Below the pieces are notes generated by a model, which saw only the letters and a program-made list of their open reading frames with translations, was not told the origin of the DNA and searched no databases. The position numbers and the translations under genes are program-made. This document shows, piece by piece, positions 37,669-48,014 of a stretch of 48,014 bases of DNA (position 1 is its first letter; every line of letters begins with the position of its first letter). This stretch comes from Myxococcales bacterium (GTDB lineage Bacteria; Myxococcota_A; UBA9042), in the NCBI GenBank assembly GCA_037441385.1, contig JBBISH010000037.1, positions 1 to 48,014 on the forward strand. Reading direction: 5' to 3'.

Positions 37669-38928
37669 CTACGCCGCCTCGTCGAGTTCGTTTGCCTCCT
37701 CGACCGTGCTCAGCACGCCTTGCGCCCACACCACACCTTTGCTCTGCAACGCCTTGATATACCGGGTCTCGTCGTACGCCTCGCCAGTGCGCAGCAAGGC
37801 CGCCAGTAGGCGCAGCAGCGACCGCGCGATGATCCTCAGTGCTGTTCCATGGTTCTTGCCGTGTTGCCTCAGGTATGCGTACTGCGCTTTGGCCCATTTC
37901 AGGCGCATCATCGCCTGCATCGCCAGCAGATAGCTCGTGCGGCGGCCGCGCACTGGTGCCGACTTGCGCATCCGGACCACGTTGAGGCTCTTGCCGCTCT
38001 GGCGCTTGACGGGACTGGCGCCGCACCACACGGCCAGGTCGTCGCGGTCGCCTTGCGCCAAGTTCACCGCGCCCAGTGCCAGCAGGCTGATCGCCAGGGT
38101 AACGCCAATCCCGGGCGTGCTGCGCAACGTCGTGCTTTCGGTATACCGCTCGGCCAGCTTGTCCATGGCGCTGTCGATATCAGCTTGCTGCTTGCGCAAT
38201 TGCCGTAACTCGCCCACCAGCCGGCGTACACGAGCGGCGTGTGCCGCGCGAACTTCGCTCGCCATCGCCACCCACGGCTCGGCCAACGCCGACACAATCG
38301 CCGCCCGACGCTTGCTGTGGAACCGGCAGCGCCCGAGCAGCTCCTCGCGGTCGTGCTCGCTGAGCGCGGCTCCGTCCTGCCAGGTCGGCACCGCCTCCAC
38401 CACCGCCAGAGCCGCCTGCGTCCACATCTGCGATAGCGACCGCTCCAGCGCTGGATGCACCTTGACCAACTCCTCGCGCAACTGATTGGTCGCACGCTGA
38501 ATCTTGCTCAGCACGTCGTCGTGATCGTCCAGAAGAACGCCCGCTGTCTCGCGCAGCGCCTCGGGCGGCTCCCAGGCCTCGATGCGGTGGTGGCTGCTGT
38601 CCAGCATCCGCAATAGCGTCTCGGCGTCGCGCTCGTCGTCCTTGGCGCCACTCGATGTCAGCGATTCGGCAAACCTTCGGGCTTGCTTGGCGTCCTGCAC
38701 GTAGACCACGGCCTCACGCGCATGCAGGGCGGCCGCCAGGCCCGCATCGCCGGCCTCGATGCTCACCTCTACCCCGACGTCATTGCCACCGAGCTGCTGA
38801 GCTGCAGCCATCAACTCGTCGACACCCTCAAGGCTACGTACAACCTTGAGCTTCCTGTGCTTTTCGCCACACCGTAACCGCGCGACCGACTCCCGCCGCG
38901 CCCAATCAATACCCATCTGGACAAGCAT
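37669..38928 (-). CDS. IS110-family DEDD recombinase/transposase
   Basis: GIDWA, SIEAG, KDDERDA (DEDD), STPGIG, SPVKRQSGK (catalytic Ser); GGAGG RBS. Confidence 0.93.
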   Translation of the reverse strand: MLVQMGIDWARRESVARLRCGEKHRKLKVVRSLEGVDELMAAAQQLGGNDVGVEVSIEAGDAGLAAALHAREAVVYVQDAKQARRFAESLTSSGAKDDERDAETLLRMLDSSHHRIEAWEPPEALRETAGVLLDDHDDVLSKIQRATNQLREELVKVHPALERSLSQMWTQAALAVVEAVPTWQDGAALSEHDREELLGRCRFHSKRRAAIVSALAEPWVAMASEVRAAHAARVRRLVGELRQLRKQQADIDSAMDKLAERYTESTTLRSTPGIGVTLAISLLALGAVNLAQGDRDDLAVWCGASPVKRQSGKSLNVVRMRKSAPVRGRRTSYLLAMQAMMRLKWAKAQYAYLRQHGKNHGTALRIIARSLLRLLAALLRTGEAYDETRYIKALQSKGVVWAQGVLSTVEEANELDEAA

Positions 38929-38946
38929 GACCACCTCCGGCAAAGT

Positions 38947-39180
38947 GGCCGTGCGTCGCTGCGGGCGCGCGGGGCTTCCCTATGATACCAGTGCGTTACA
39001 CCTGCCGCTTACAGGGAGTGCTGGTACGTGACTACGGCCCTCGGCCCGCAGCGGCGCGTCGGCCCGCATGTCCCCCCCTGGCACTCGAAGTGCTGGGGCA
39101 AATACGGCGTGACCGACGCGTCGCACGGCCGACCCAAGACCTACCGCAAACTACCCATTTGCGCACGCCTCGAGCCTGAA
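38947..39180 (-). ncRNA. Putative IS110 bridge RNA
   Basis: Outer stem 38947-38955/39122-39130 encloses two stem-internal-loop-stem domains. Confidence 0.65.
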
Positions 39181-39325
39181 GCAGTCATAGGGGGGCGCTG
39201 CGCGGCGGACCTTTGGCCGTGTGGGCATTTTGCTGGAAATTCAGTGAGAAATTGGCGTTGACGGGGGTCAATCGCGGGCGTAGGCTCAGGGCTCCGAGGC
39301 CGGAAGGCCCGGTTTGGCGGGGGCA

Positions 39326-39670
39326 ATGGCGACGTTGCGGCGGTCGGTGGCGCGGGTGGACAGGCTTGCGGATCCTTCGCGAACTCTTTTACGAGGGCTG
39401 GCGGCTACGACAGCAACGCTCGTGATTGCTGTCTGCGGCTGCACACGTGAGTGCGGCGACTCTGATCACGAGCACCGGAGTTGCACGGTGGTTAACGGGC
39501 AGGCTGGCATCAAGTTCTGCAACGATGAATGGGGTTGGATAGTAAGGATGTGTGAGTCCGGTGAAACTTGTAGTGCTGTAACCATAAACGACATTGAGAC
39601 TTTTGAGTGCAAGGTCGGCGGCCCCGACGCGGTGGGAGGTGATGCAGACGCTACGGACACCGGCAAGTGA
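39326..39670 (+). CDS. Small Cys-rich putative lipoprotein (lower GC)
   Basis: Hydrophobic segment ending AVCGC, six further Cys, Asp-rich tail; start uncertain. Confidence 0.5.
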   Translation: MATLRRSVARVDRLADPSRTLLRGLAATTATLVIAVCGCTRECGDSDHEHRSCTVVNGQAGIKFCNDEWGWIVRMCESGETCSAVTINDIETFECKVGGPDAVGGDADATDTGK

Positions 39671-39981
39671 CGAAATGGGCATCCGTCTGGCACACCACCT
39701 GCGGCACCAAGACCGGCAATTCCGCCGACCGACTTGGCAATCCCCGTCGAAACGCAGCGAGCGAGGACCAACCATCGATTTATCTTCAGGCGCTCTTGGG
39801 CGCGGTCGCGGTGCTCGCGTTGGCGCGGGCGGTCGCGGCGGCTGCAGCGAGGCCAAATCGACACTTCAAACAGCACTAACCAAGAATGTCAGTGTCTTGC
39901 CAGCGCGTGCCTGGACCGGGCGCTTGAGAGCCCGCTACCCTGAGCGCCGCGCACCCGCTAGCGTGCCCCTTGGAGCCCCGC

Positions 39982-40572
39982 ATGTCGCCGCGAAATCTGA
40001 GTATTGCCGCGAGCTTTGTCGCCGGACCGTGTCTTGCCGCCGTGCTGGGCCTTGCCGCTGCCTGTTCGAGCGGGACCACTGCCAGCCCTGCCGGCGCCGA
40101 CACCACCGCGAGCACCGACACGGCTGGTACCGACACCACCGCGAGCACCGACACCACTGGCAGCGACGCTGCGAGCACCGACGCTGCGCCTGGCGACGGC
40201 ACTGCATCGCAAGACAGCGCCGACACTACAAAAACCCCGGCCTTCGCAGAGGTGACGGCGATCTTCGAGCAACGCTGCGTCACTTGCCACCGCGCCGATG
40301 CCTTGGGCCTGCCCGGCTACGCCAAGCTGCCGCTGACGGCCGACGTCGCCCACGCCAAGCTTGTGGGCCAGCCCGCCAACGAGACCTGCGGCGGCACGCT
40401 GGTCGTGCCCGGAAAGTCGGCACAGAGCTACCTGTACCTCAAAGTTTCGCAGCAAACGCCCTGCGAAGGTGGCCATATGCCGGCAAAGTTTGAGATGTTG
40501 CCGGCCCCGCCGCTCACCGCCGAGCAGCTGGCGACGATTGCGGCGTGGATCGACGACGGCGCCAAGCCGTAG
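39982..40572 (+). CDS. Monoheme c-type cytochrome lipoprotein
   Basis: LAAAC lipobox, DTTAST linker repeats, CVTCH, VVPG...SYLYLKV, HMP, WIDDGA. Confidence 0.85.
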   Translation: MSPRNLSIAASFVAGPCLAAVLGLAAACSSGTTASPAGADTTASTDTAGTDTTASTDTTGSDAASTDAAPGDGTASQDSADTTKTPAFAEVTAIFEQRCVTCHRADALGLPGYAKLPLTADVAHAKLVGQPANETCGGTLVVPGKSAQSYLYLKVSQQTPCEGGHMPAKFEMLPAPPLTAEQLATIAAWIDDGAKP

Positions 40573-40671
40573 GGCAAGGGCGCCGGTCGCAGGTCGGAGG
40601 CCTGCTCGTACCCGAACCAGTCGGCAGCGGTCCCGCTTGGCCAAGGCGCGCCCGCCCGCTCTCAGCCTTCC

Positions 40672-42761
40672 CTACCCCTTCGTCGCATTCACCGCCGTAG
40701 ATTGCCGCCGCCCACCCAGCTTCAGGCGCGCCGTCGTCGCCACCCCCACCGTCTCGGGCTCTTCGCCGGGCGCATAGCGGACCCGCCGCGCCGCCGGGTG
40801 CGCCGGGGGCAGCGCTTGCACAAGCGCCTGATAAGGCTCGCGTCCTACCCGCCGGTCCCGATAGACCAACTGCTCCCAAATCGCCGCCTCGCGGGCGTCG
40901 CTAACCTCGGCCAGCGCCGCCACGTCGTAGCGCGCAGTGGCCACCCGCGCCTGGGCCCCTGGAATGGCCGCGTCCTCGGTCCGCACCCCGCTGCGAAAAA
41001 CATCTTTGCCGTGGCGGGCATACCACAGCATCGTGTGGGCGGTCGACAGCGCGCCGGCCCATGGGTAGCGGTGCAGCCGCCAATGCGACGCCAGCTGGCC
41101 CACCGCCCGGTCCAGCTTGACCTGCTGCGCGTCGGTCTTGGGCGGGCGCCGCTCGGCAAAGAACAGGCCGGTGCCCAGGCGGTCGCCCTCCACCTGCCAC
41201 ACCTCGTCGATGCCGAATTCACCGGGCTTTTGCGCCACCAGCGAGCCGTGGGTCAGGTCAAAGCGGCCCAGGATGAACAGCGCCAGGTCCTCGCGCAAGT
41301 CCTGGACAAAGGCCACGCTCTCCATGGCCTCGCGGTAGGTCTCGGTGGGGAAGTCCGTGAAGCACATGGCCTCGACCGCCACCCCCGCGGCCGACAGGTT
41401 TTTGACCGCCTGCGCTACGTCGTCCGGCGGGATGCCCTTGTCGATGAGCTTCAAGACCCGCGGGTTGGCGGACTCGACTCCCAGCGCCGCGCTCAGCTGC
41501 CCGCCTGCGGCCAATTCGGCGCACTTCTCTGGGGTCAGCGTCTTCTCCGGCCGCATGTCCGTGCCCCAGCGCAGGTCCAGGCCGCGCTCGCGGATGCCCC
41601 GGGCGATGCGCAGGGCAATCTTGGGCGAGAACACGTCTTGCGACAGGTAGAAAACCCGTGTGCCATACTTGGCTTGCAGGGCCTGCAGGTGGTCCAGCAC
41701 CGTCTCGGGTGGGCGCTCGCGGTAGGCGGCCGTGCCCACTTCCGCCAAACCGTAGTGGCAGAAGGTACATACGCCCCAGTAGCAGCCGCGGGTGGGGTCG
41801 TAGGGCAGCACCAGCTCGGGCGCCAGGTAGCGGTCCAGCGGCAGGCCGTCAAAGTCGGGCGCCGGCAGCACCGCCAGATTGCCCACGCTGGTGCCGCGAA
41901 TGATGCGGCCCTTGGCCGCCGGATCCTCGCCGCGCGCCACCGCTTGCGCCATGCTGAGCAGCGCCACCTCGCCCTCGAACAGCACCGCCGAGTGGAACGG
42001 CCCCAGCACCTCGTCAAGGTCGGCGCGCGCCGCACCCGGCGCCCCGTGCTTGATCGCGGCACCGGGCTCCAGCCGCAGCAGCATCTGCGTCAGCGCCGGC
42101 CCGCCCACCGTGATGTGCACGCCGGGCAGGTGCTCGCGCAGCGCGTGGGCGAGCGCGTAAGCCGGCTGAATCTGACCAGGAAACGCCACCGACACGCCCA
42201 CCAGGTTCACCTGGGCCGCGCGCAGCCGCCCCGCCAGCGCCACGTAGTGATCGTAGAACGGGTTGCGCGCCGGGCTGGAATCCAGCGCGATCTCCGCGCC
42301 ATCCAGCAGCGAGAACGGCGTGCGGTAGGCCACGAAGTCCACATTCAGGGGCGCGTGGGCCGCGCTGACCACCCGCTGGGCCGCTTCCACCGTGGCCACG
42401 GCCTGTTCGTAGGCCTGCTCGTCGTAGAAGCGGGTGCCGCTGCGGTCGCGCAGGATCGCCAGCGCGTCCTCGATCGCCGCCGGCACGCAGGCCGCCTCGG
42501 CGCGGGCCCGCCACAGCGCCACGTAGTCCAACTGCTCGGTGTGGCTCAGGCTGGGTTTGGCGTCCAGCTCGGCCAGGCGCTCTTCCAGCTTTTCGGACAG
42601 CTCGGTCAAGGACTTGCGCGTCAGCAGCGCCTCCCAGCACTCCAGGTTGGCGTCGATCGGCAGCACCGCGACACCATGCTTGCGCAGCCACGCGGTCAGC
42701 GTGGGCACGGCCAGATAAGGCGCCGTAGGGTCGGCGCTGGGGGGATAGATCAGCGCGACCG

Positions 42762-42765
<4 letters not shown>
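40672..42765 (-). CDS. Cobalamin-binding radical SAM protein
   Basis: LIYPP...PYL N-terminal B12-binding-type domain; RGCYWGVCTFC; GVES. Confidence 0.88.
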
Positions 42766-44101
<1,336 letters not shown>

Positions 44102-44105
<4 letters not shown>

Positions 44106-45403
44106 GGAGTCCTCGCGATGGGGAGCGAGAGGGCCACGCGTGCGCCGCCGCCCTCGCGATTGCGAATGCTGACTTGGCCGCCATGGGCCTCGGCGATGCG
44201 CCGCGTCACCGCCAGGCCGATGCCGGTGCCGGTGGCCTTGGTGGTGTAGTACGGCTCAAAGACCGTCTGTTGCAGCTCGCTGGCGATGCCGGGCCCGCGA
44301 TCGTCCACGCACACCTCGACGGCCTTCGCCGCCACCCGCAGGCCAAATTGCACGGGCGTGTCCGGTGGCGAGGCCTGCTGCGCGTTGCGGACCAAGTTCA
44401 GCAGCGCCTGGCACAGCTGGTCGCGATCCGCTTCGACCATCACCGGCGCGCCCTCTTGCAGGTGCACGGGCGCTTCGCCGCCTTCGGCCAGCCGTGTCAC
44501 TTGCTGCAGCACCTCACGCAAGTCAATGGTCTGCTTATGCAACTCCAGCGGGCGAGCGTAGGTCAGCAACGTCTCGACCAGCCGCTCGAGCCGGGCGGCC
44601 TCGCTCACCACCACCTGCATGTCGTCGTACGCCGGGTCCGTTGCGGCAAAACGCCGCGCCGTCAGTTGGGCAAAACCCTTGATTGCGCCAAGCGGGTTGC
44701 GAATCTCGTGGGCCAGCACGCCCGACAGGCGGCCCAGCTCCAACAAGCGCAACTCACTCGCGCGCGCCTCCGCCCGCTGGCGTTCCGCTTGCTCGGCCCG
44801 GATCTGCCGGCGGGTCAGGGCCAACAGCACCATCAAAAGCGCCGTAATCAGCACCGCGTGGCTCAGCGCGGGCCGCAGCGAGTCGCGCTGCGCTTGAGTG
44901 TCCAGCACCAGCAGCAGCACCCTCCGGCCGGTGTCGGGCGGCCCGGGGCGCAGCAACTGGGGCTCGCGCGCTTGCGGACGCAGCTCGACGGGGTACCAGA
45001 GCTCCAGCCGCGTGGCGCCCAAGACGCCTTCTTCGCTGTAGGTCTGCCAATTCGCTGTGCCAAGCGCCTTGGCCGCCCATTGCCGGGCGTGCTCGCGCGG
45101 TACGTCGCGCAACTCGGCGCCATCCAGCGAGTTTCCATCGCCGTCGACCAGCGCGGCCTGGAGCACCGCCGCCCCGGCCAGCTCGCCGGCCAACCTCGCT
45201 GCGACGCCGTCGTCCAAAGGCATCGACCGCGCCGCCAGCGCCAACGCCGCCGCTTTGTCCAGCGCCCGACCCACCAGCGCGTCCGCCGCCGCCTGCCGCA
45301 GCCGCACGTACAGCACGGCCGTGCTGGCCACCACTAGCAGCAGCACCACCAACGACGCCGGGACCAGGCGCGACCGCGGTGCCGGAGGGTCAGGTATTGA
45401 CAC
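44102..45403 (-). CDS. Membrane sensor histidine kinase
   Basis: 2 TM; AHEIRNPL, NLVRNA, DRGPG, GTGIGL; probable GTG start lies inside the RAYT inverted repeat. Confidence 0.9.
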
Positions 45404-46366
45404 TTGACACCTTTTCCAGACGGTTGACCCACGCTTGCCACTGGGGCTCTGCCGGCAACCGCGCGGCAAACCGGCGAATGGAACGGCTCACGGCGTCGTG
45501 GCCCATGCCAAACGCCGCGCCAATCTGGCCGTGTGGTATGCCGCAACGCCGGCTCAGCCACCACGCCGCCAGCCAGCGCTCGGGGCGCCGCAGGCCCTTG
45601 CCCAGCGCGCCCACCAGATCGGTGAGCGCCACGCCGGTCACGCCGGCCACCGCATCCAGACTGGCCGCCAGGGTGCCCCGCTGGGCTGGCCGCGGCGCAG
45701 GTTCAGCCACACCTGTCGCCTGTGGACGCCACAAGTCCTTCGCGGCAAGGCCCGGCGGCTCAGTCTGACCTGACGCCACCAGCGCCTGCCAAGCGGCCAG
45801 ATACCCCGCAGTATCGCCAAAGGTTGCGCACAGTTCATGGGTGTCCAGCCAGGCCGGCGCCGGTGCGGTGCCCGCGTAGGCGGCATGGCTCGTCACCGCC
45901 ATCGCAGGCGAGAGGCCTGCCCGCAGCGGGTTCGCGTGCACGTACAGCAGGACATTGCGCCAATAGTCGCCGGTCTCGACGACCCGGTTGCGGTACCGCC
46001 CGCTGAACAAGGGCCCATCCCACTTGTGCAACAGGTTAACGCGCCGCGAAAATTCGCCGCCCAGGTGCCGCATGGCCCGCGGCAGATCGCCCCAGTCCGA
46101 TGTCACCAGCAGGTGGTAGTGGTTCGGCATCAGCGCGAAGGCGTGGACGCGCACGCCAAACCGCTCTGGCAGCTCGGCTAGAATCTGCATGAAAAGATTT
46201 CGGATCTGATCATCAACAAACACGGGCGCCCGGCGCGCGCCGCGGTTCATGACGTGGTGGCGGGCTCCTGGGTAGTCAAGGCGGGGATAGCGCATGGGTC
46301 GCTCGCACGCGGAGGGTGGGCGCCGTCATGCCGCAAAAAGGTGTCAAGTGTCAATACCTGACCCTC
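45385..46366 (-). mobile_element. HUH (Y1/RAYT) transposase element with perfect 31-bp terminal inverted repeats
   Basis: GAGGGTCAGGTATTGACACTTGACACCTTTT at 45385-45415 and its exact reverse complement at 46336-46366. Confidence 0.85.
45390..46295 (-). CDS. REP-associated tyrosine transposase (Y1_Tnp) with C-terminal DnaA-C-like HTH
   Basis: HHVMNRG, ALMPNHYHLL (HUH), GPLFSGRY, YVHANP; C-terminal IGAAFGMGHDAVS. Confidence 0.9.
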   Translation of the reverse strand: MRYPRLDYPGARHHVMNRGARRAPVFVDDQIRNLFMQILAELPERFGVRVHAFALMPNHYHLLVTSDWGDLPRAMRHLGGEFSRRVNLLHKWDGPLFSGRYRNRVVETGDYWRNVLLYVHANPLRAGLSPAMAVTSHAAYAGTAPAPAWLDTHELCATFGDTAGYLAAWQALVASGQTEPPGLAAKDLWRPQATGVAEPAPRPAQRGTLAASLDAVAGVTGVALTDLVGALGKGLRRPERWLAAWWLSRRCGIPHGQIGAAFGMGHDAVSRSIRRFAARLPAEPQWQAWVNRLEKVSSVNT

Positions 46367-46373
46367 GTCTTGG

Positions 46374-48014
46374 CTACGGCGGGCACGACACGGAACCGTT
46401 GCTGTGGGCACGGCCGGCCCAGCCCAGCGTTTGCGCGCCCAAGGTGCCGGACACCGCCCAGCCATCGTCGCTGAACGCGCCGCTGCCTACGCCGCGCAAG
46501 AACGTGCCGGGGCTGCCGCCGCTACCGTAGGTCTTGTCGTAGACCACGGTGGGTGCGCCGCCCGCATCGGTGAAGCGGTAGGCCCAGCCCTGCGAGACGG
46601 TGGCGGCCGCCGAGTACTTGGCCCCCACGGCCATCAAGTCGCCGCTCGACAAGAAGAAGATGTCGCGCAGGCTGTCGGCGCCGGTCGTGCCGATCTGCTT
46701 CTTCTCCCACAGCAACGTGCCGGTCGCGCTGTGCTTTTGGATCCAGCCGTCGGTGCCGCCCAGGTTGGGTGCCGAGGCGCTGTCGCCCGTCACGTAGGTC
46801 GTGCCGTCGGCCGCCCCAACGGCGCCCCAGAAGCGGTCCGCAGCCGTGCCGCCGTAGGTGGTGGGGGCGGCGGCGGCGACGCCCGCGGTGGTGACGCTCA
46901 GGCGAATGCCGTCCAAGTTGCCGGCGCCCACGCTGCTGCTGTAGCCGTAGAAGGCCAGGGTGGTGGCGCTGGTTTGGACCACGTCGGTAAACGCGTCGTT
47001 GCCGGCGCCGCCCCACGCCACGGTCCACGCCAGCGTGCCGCTCAGGTCGTAGCGGGCTCCGCGCGTCGTATAGTTGTTGCCGTTGACCCGCGTCTGGCCG
47101 GCCACGATGACGCCCGAACCGTCGGCGAGCATCCGCACCGCGTTCCACTGGTCGGCCTGGTTGTTGCCGCCGCTCAGGATCTGCTGCCACTGCACCTGGC
47201 CGCTGCTGTTCAGCTTGACCAGCCACGAGTTGTAGCCCTGGTTCTGCACGGTGCTGGCGCCAACCGCGTAGTAGAAGCCGTCGCTGCCCAAGATGACGTC
47301 GTTCAAGTAGTCATTCTGCGTGGCGTTGCCAATGGTGAGGTCGACCATGGCGGTGCCATACTCGTCGGTCGCGTAGATCCAGCCGTCCAGGTTGCCGCCC
47401 GCGCCGGTGCGCCGCCCCACGAACAACAGGCCCGTGCCGCGCTTGGCCACGCCGCTGAGCCACGAGTTGGTGACGGCGGTCCCCGTCTTGAGCCAGTACT
47501 TGCACGCCAGGCACGCCCCGGTCTGGCACCACAGGTTGGTGCCGCATGTGGTGAAGTCTGCGACATTGCTGGTCAAGCACGAGCCGCTGCCGGTGTCGCA
47601 GCTGTCGTTCGTGCACACGTTGCCGTCGTTGCAGTTCTTGGCGCTGCCCGACGCGCAGGCCCCGGTCGCGCAGGCGTCGTTCAGCGTGCAGGCGTTGCCG
47701 TCGCTGCAGCTGGCCGAGTTGTTCGTGAACACGCAGTTGCCCGTGCCGATGTTGCAGGTGTCGTCTGTGCAGCCGTTGTTGTCGTTGCAGACCTTGGGCG
47801 CGCCCGCCACGCAGCTGCCGGCGGCGCAGGCGTCCGCAGTGCAAGCGTTGCTGTCCGCGTTGCAGGCGGCGGTGTTGTTGGCGTTGACGCAGCCGCTCAA
47901 CGGGTTGCACGAGTCGTCCGTGCACACGTTGGCGTCGTTGCAGTTCTTCGCGGCGCCCGGCACGCACGAGCCACCAGAGCAGGCGTCGTTCAGGGTGCAC
48001 GCGTTGCCGTCGTC
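46374..48014 (-). CDS. Large Cys-rich repeat protein with C-terminal beta-propeller-like domain; 5' end outside the window
   Basis: Open to the window edge (DDGNACTLNDAC...); CNDxNxCTDDxC repeats, then DGW/WxxxxGGxxxD repeats. Confidence 0.88.
   Translation of the reverse strand, partial: DDGNACTLNDACSGGSCVPGAAKNCNDANVCTDDSCNPLSGCVNANNTAACNADSNACTADACAAGSCVAGAPKVCNDNNGCTDDTCNIGTGNCVFTNNSASCSDGNACTLNDACATGACASGSAKNCNDGNVCTNDSCDTGSGSCLTSNVADFTTCGTNLWCQTGACLACKYWLKTGTAVTNSWLSGVAKRGTGLLFVGRRTGAGGNLDGWIYATDEYGTAMVDLTIGNATQNDYLNDVILGSDGFYYAVGASTVQNQGYNSWLVKLNSSGQVQWQQILSGGNNQADQWNAVRMLADGSGVIVAGQTRVNGNNYTTRGARYDLSGTLAWTVAWGGAGNDAFTDVVQTSATTLAFYGYSSSVGAGNLDGIRLSVTTAGVAAAAPTTYGGTAADRFWGAVGAADGTTYVTGDSASAPNLGGTDGWIQKHSATGTLLWEKKQIGTTGADSLRDIFFLSSGDLMAVGAKYSAAATVSQGWAYRFTDAGGAPTVVYDKTYGSGGSPGTFLRGVGSGAFSDDGWAVSGTLGAQTLGWAGRAHSNGSVSCPP

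Larger units (their letters stand above)
37666..39192 (-). mobile_element. IS110-family insertion sequence (ends inferred)
   Basis: Transposase plus about 260-bp structured upstream non-coding end; ends inferred from guide-like matches. Confidence 0.7.

Noticed and set aside
39667..39879. 70-aa ORF after the small lipoprotein
   Set aside because: No motif or clear RBS; cannot be supported.

Overview
GC-rich bacterial DNA, most consistent with a Myxococcota/deltaproteobacterial genome: many Cys-rich lipoproteins, DUF2330 with a MYXO-CTERM-like tail, and a vWA lipoprotein. It holds about 38 plausible CDS. I found no rRNA, tRNA or CRISPR array. The main candidate for an undescribed system is a tightly coupled minus-strand operon at 28131-35336. 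It encodes a PqqD/RRE protein, an ATP-grasp ligase, a PLP decarboxylase, a urea-transporter/M23 fusion, a beta-barrel, a TPR protein and a Cys-rich lipoprotein. The decarboxylase N-terminus mimics a RiPP leader (YEKPTIL), and upstream lie a consensus sigma54 promoter and palindromic enhancer-like sites. Other highlights: (1) an IS110 element whose upstream non-coding region folds like a bridge RNA, with guide-like matches to both predicted ends; (2) an HUH/RAYT transposase bounded by perfect 31-bp inverted repeats that appear to supply a histidine kinase start, plus a solo copy of that end about 27 kb away; (3) a nucleotidyltransferase two-gene cassette between 160-bp direct repeats, whose expected start codon reads ACG; (4) a triple palindrome upstream of a Fic gene. 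All product calls come from motif recognition by eye, not from database searches.
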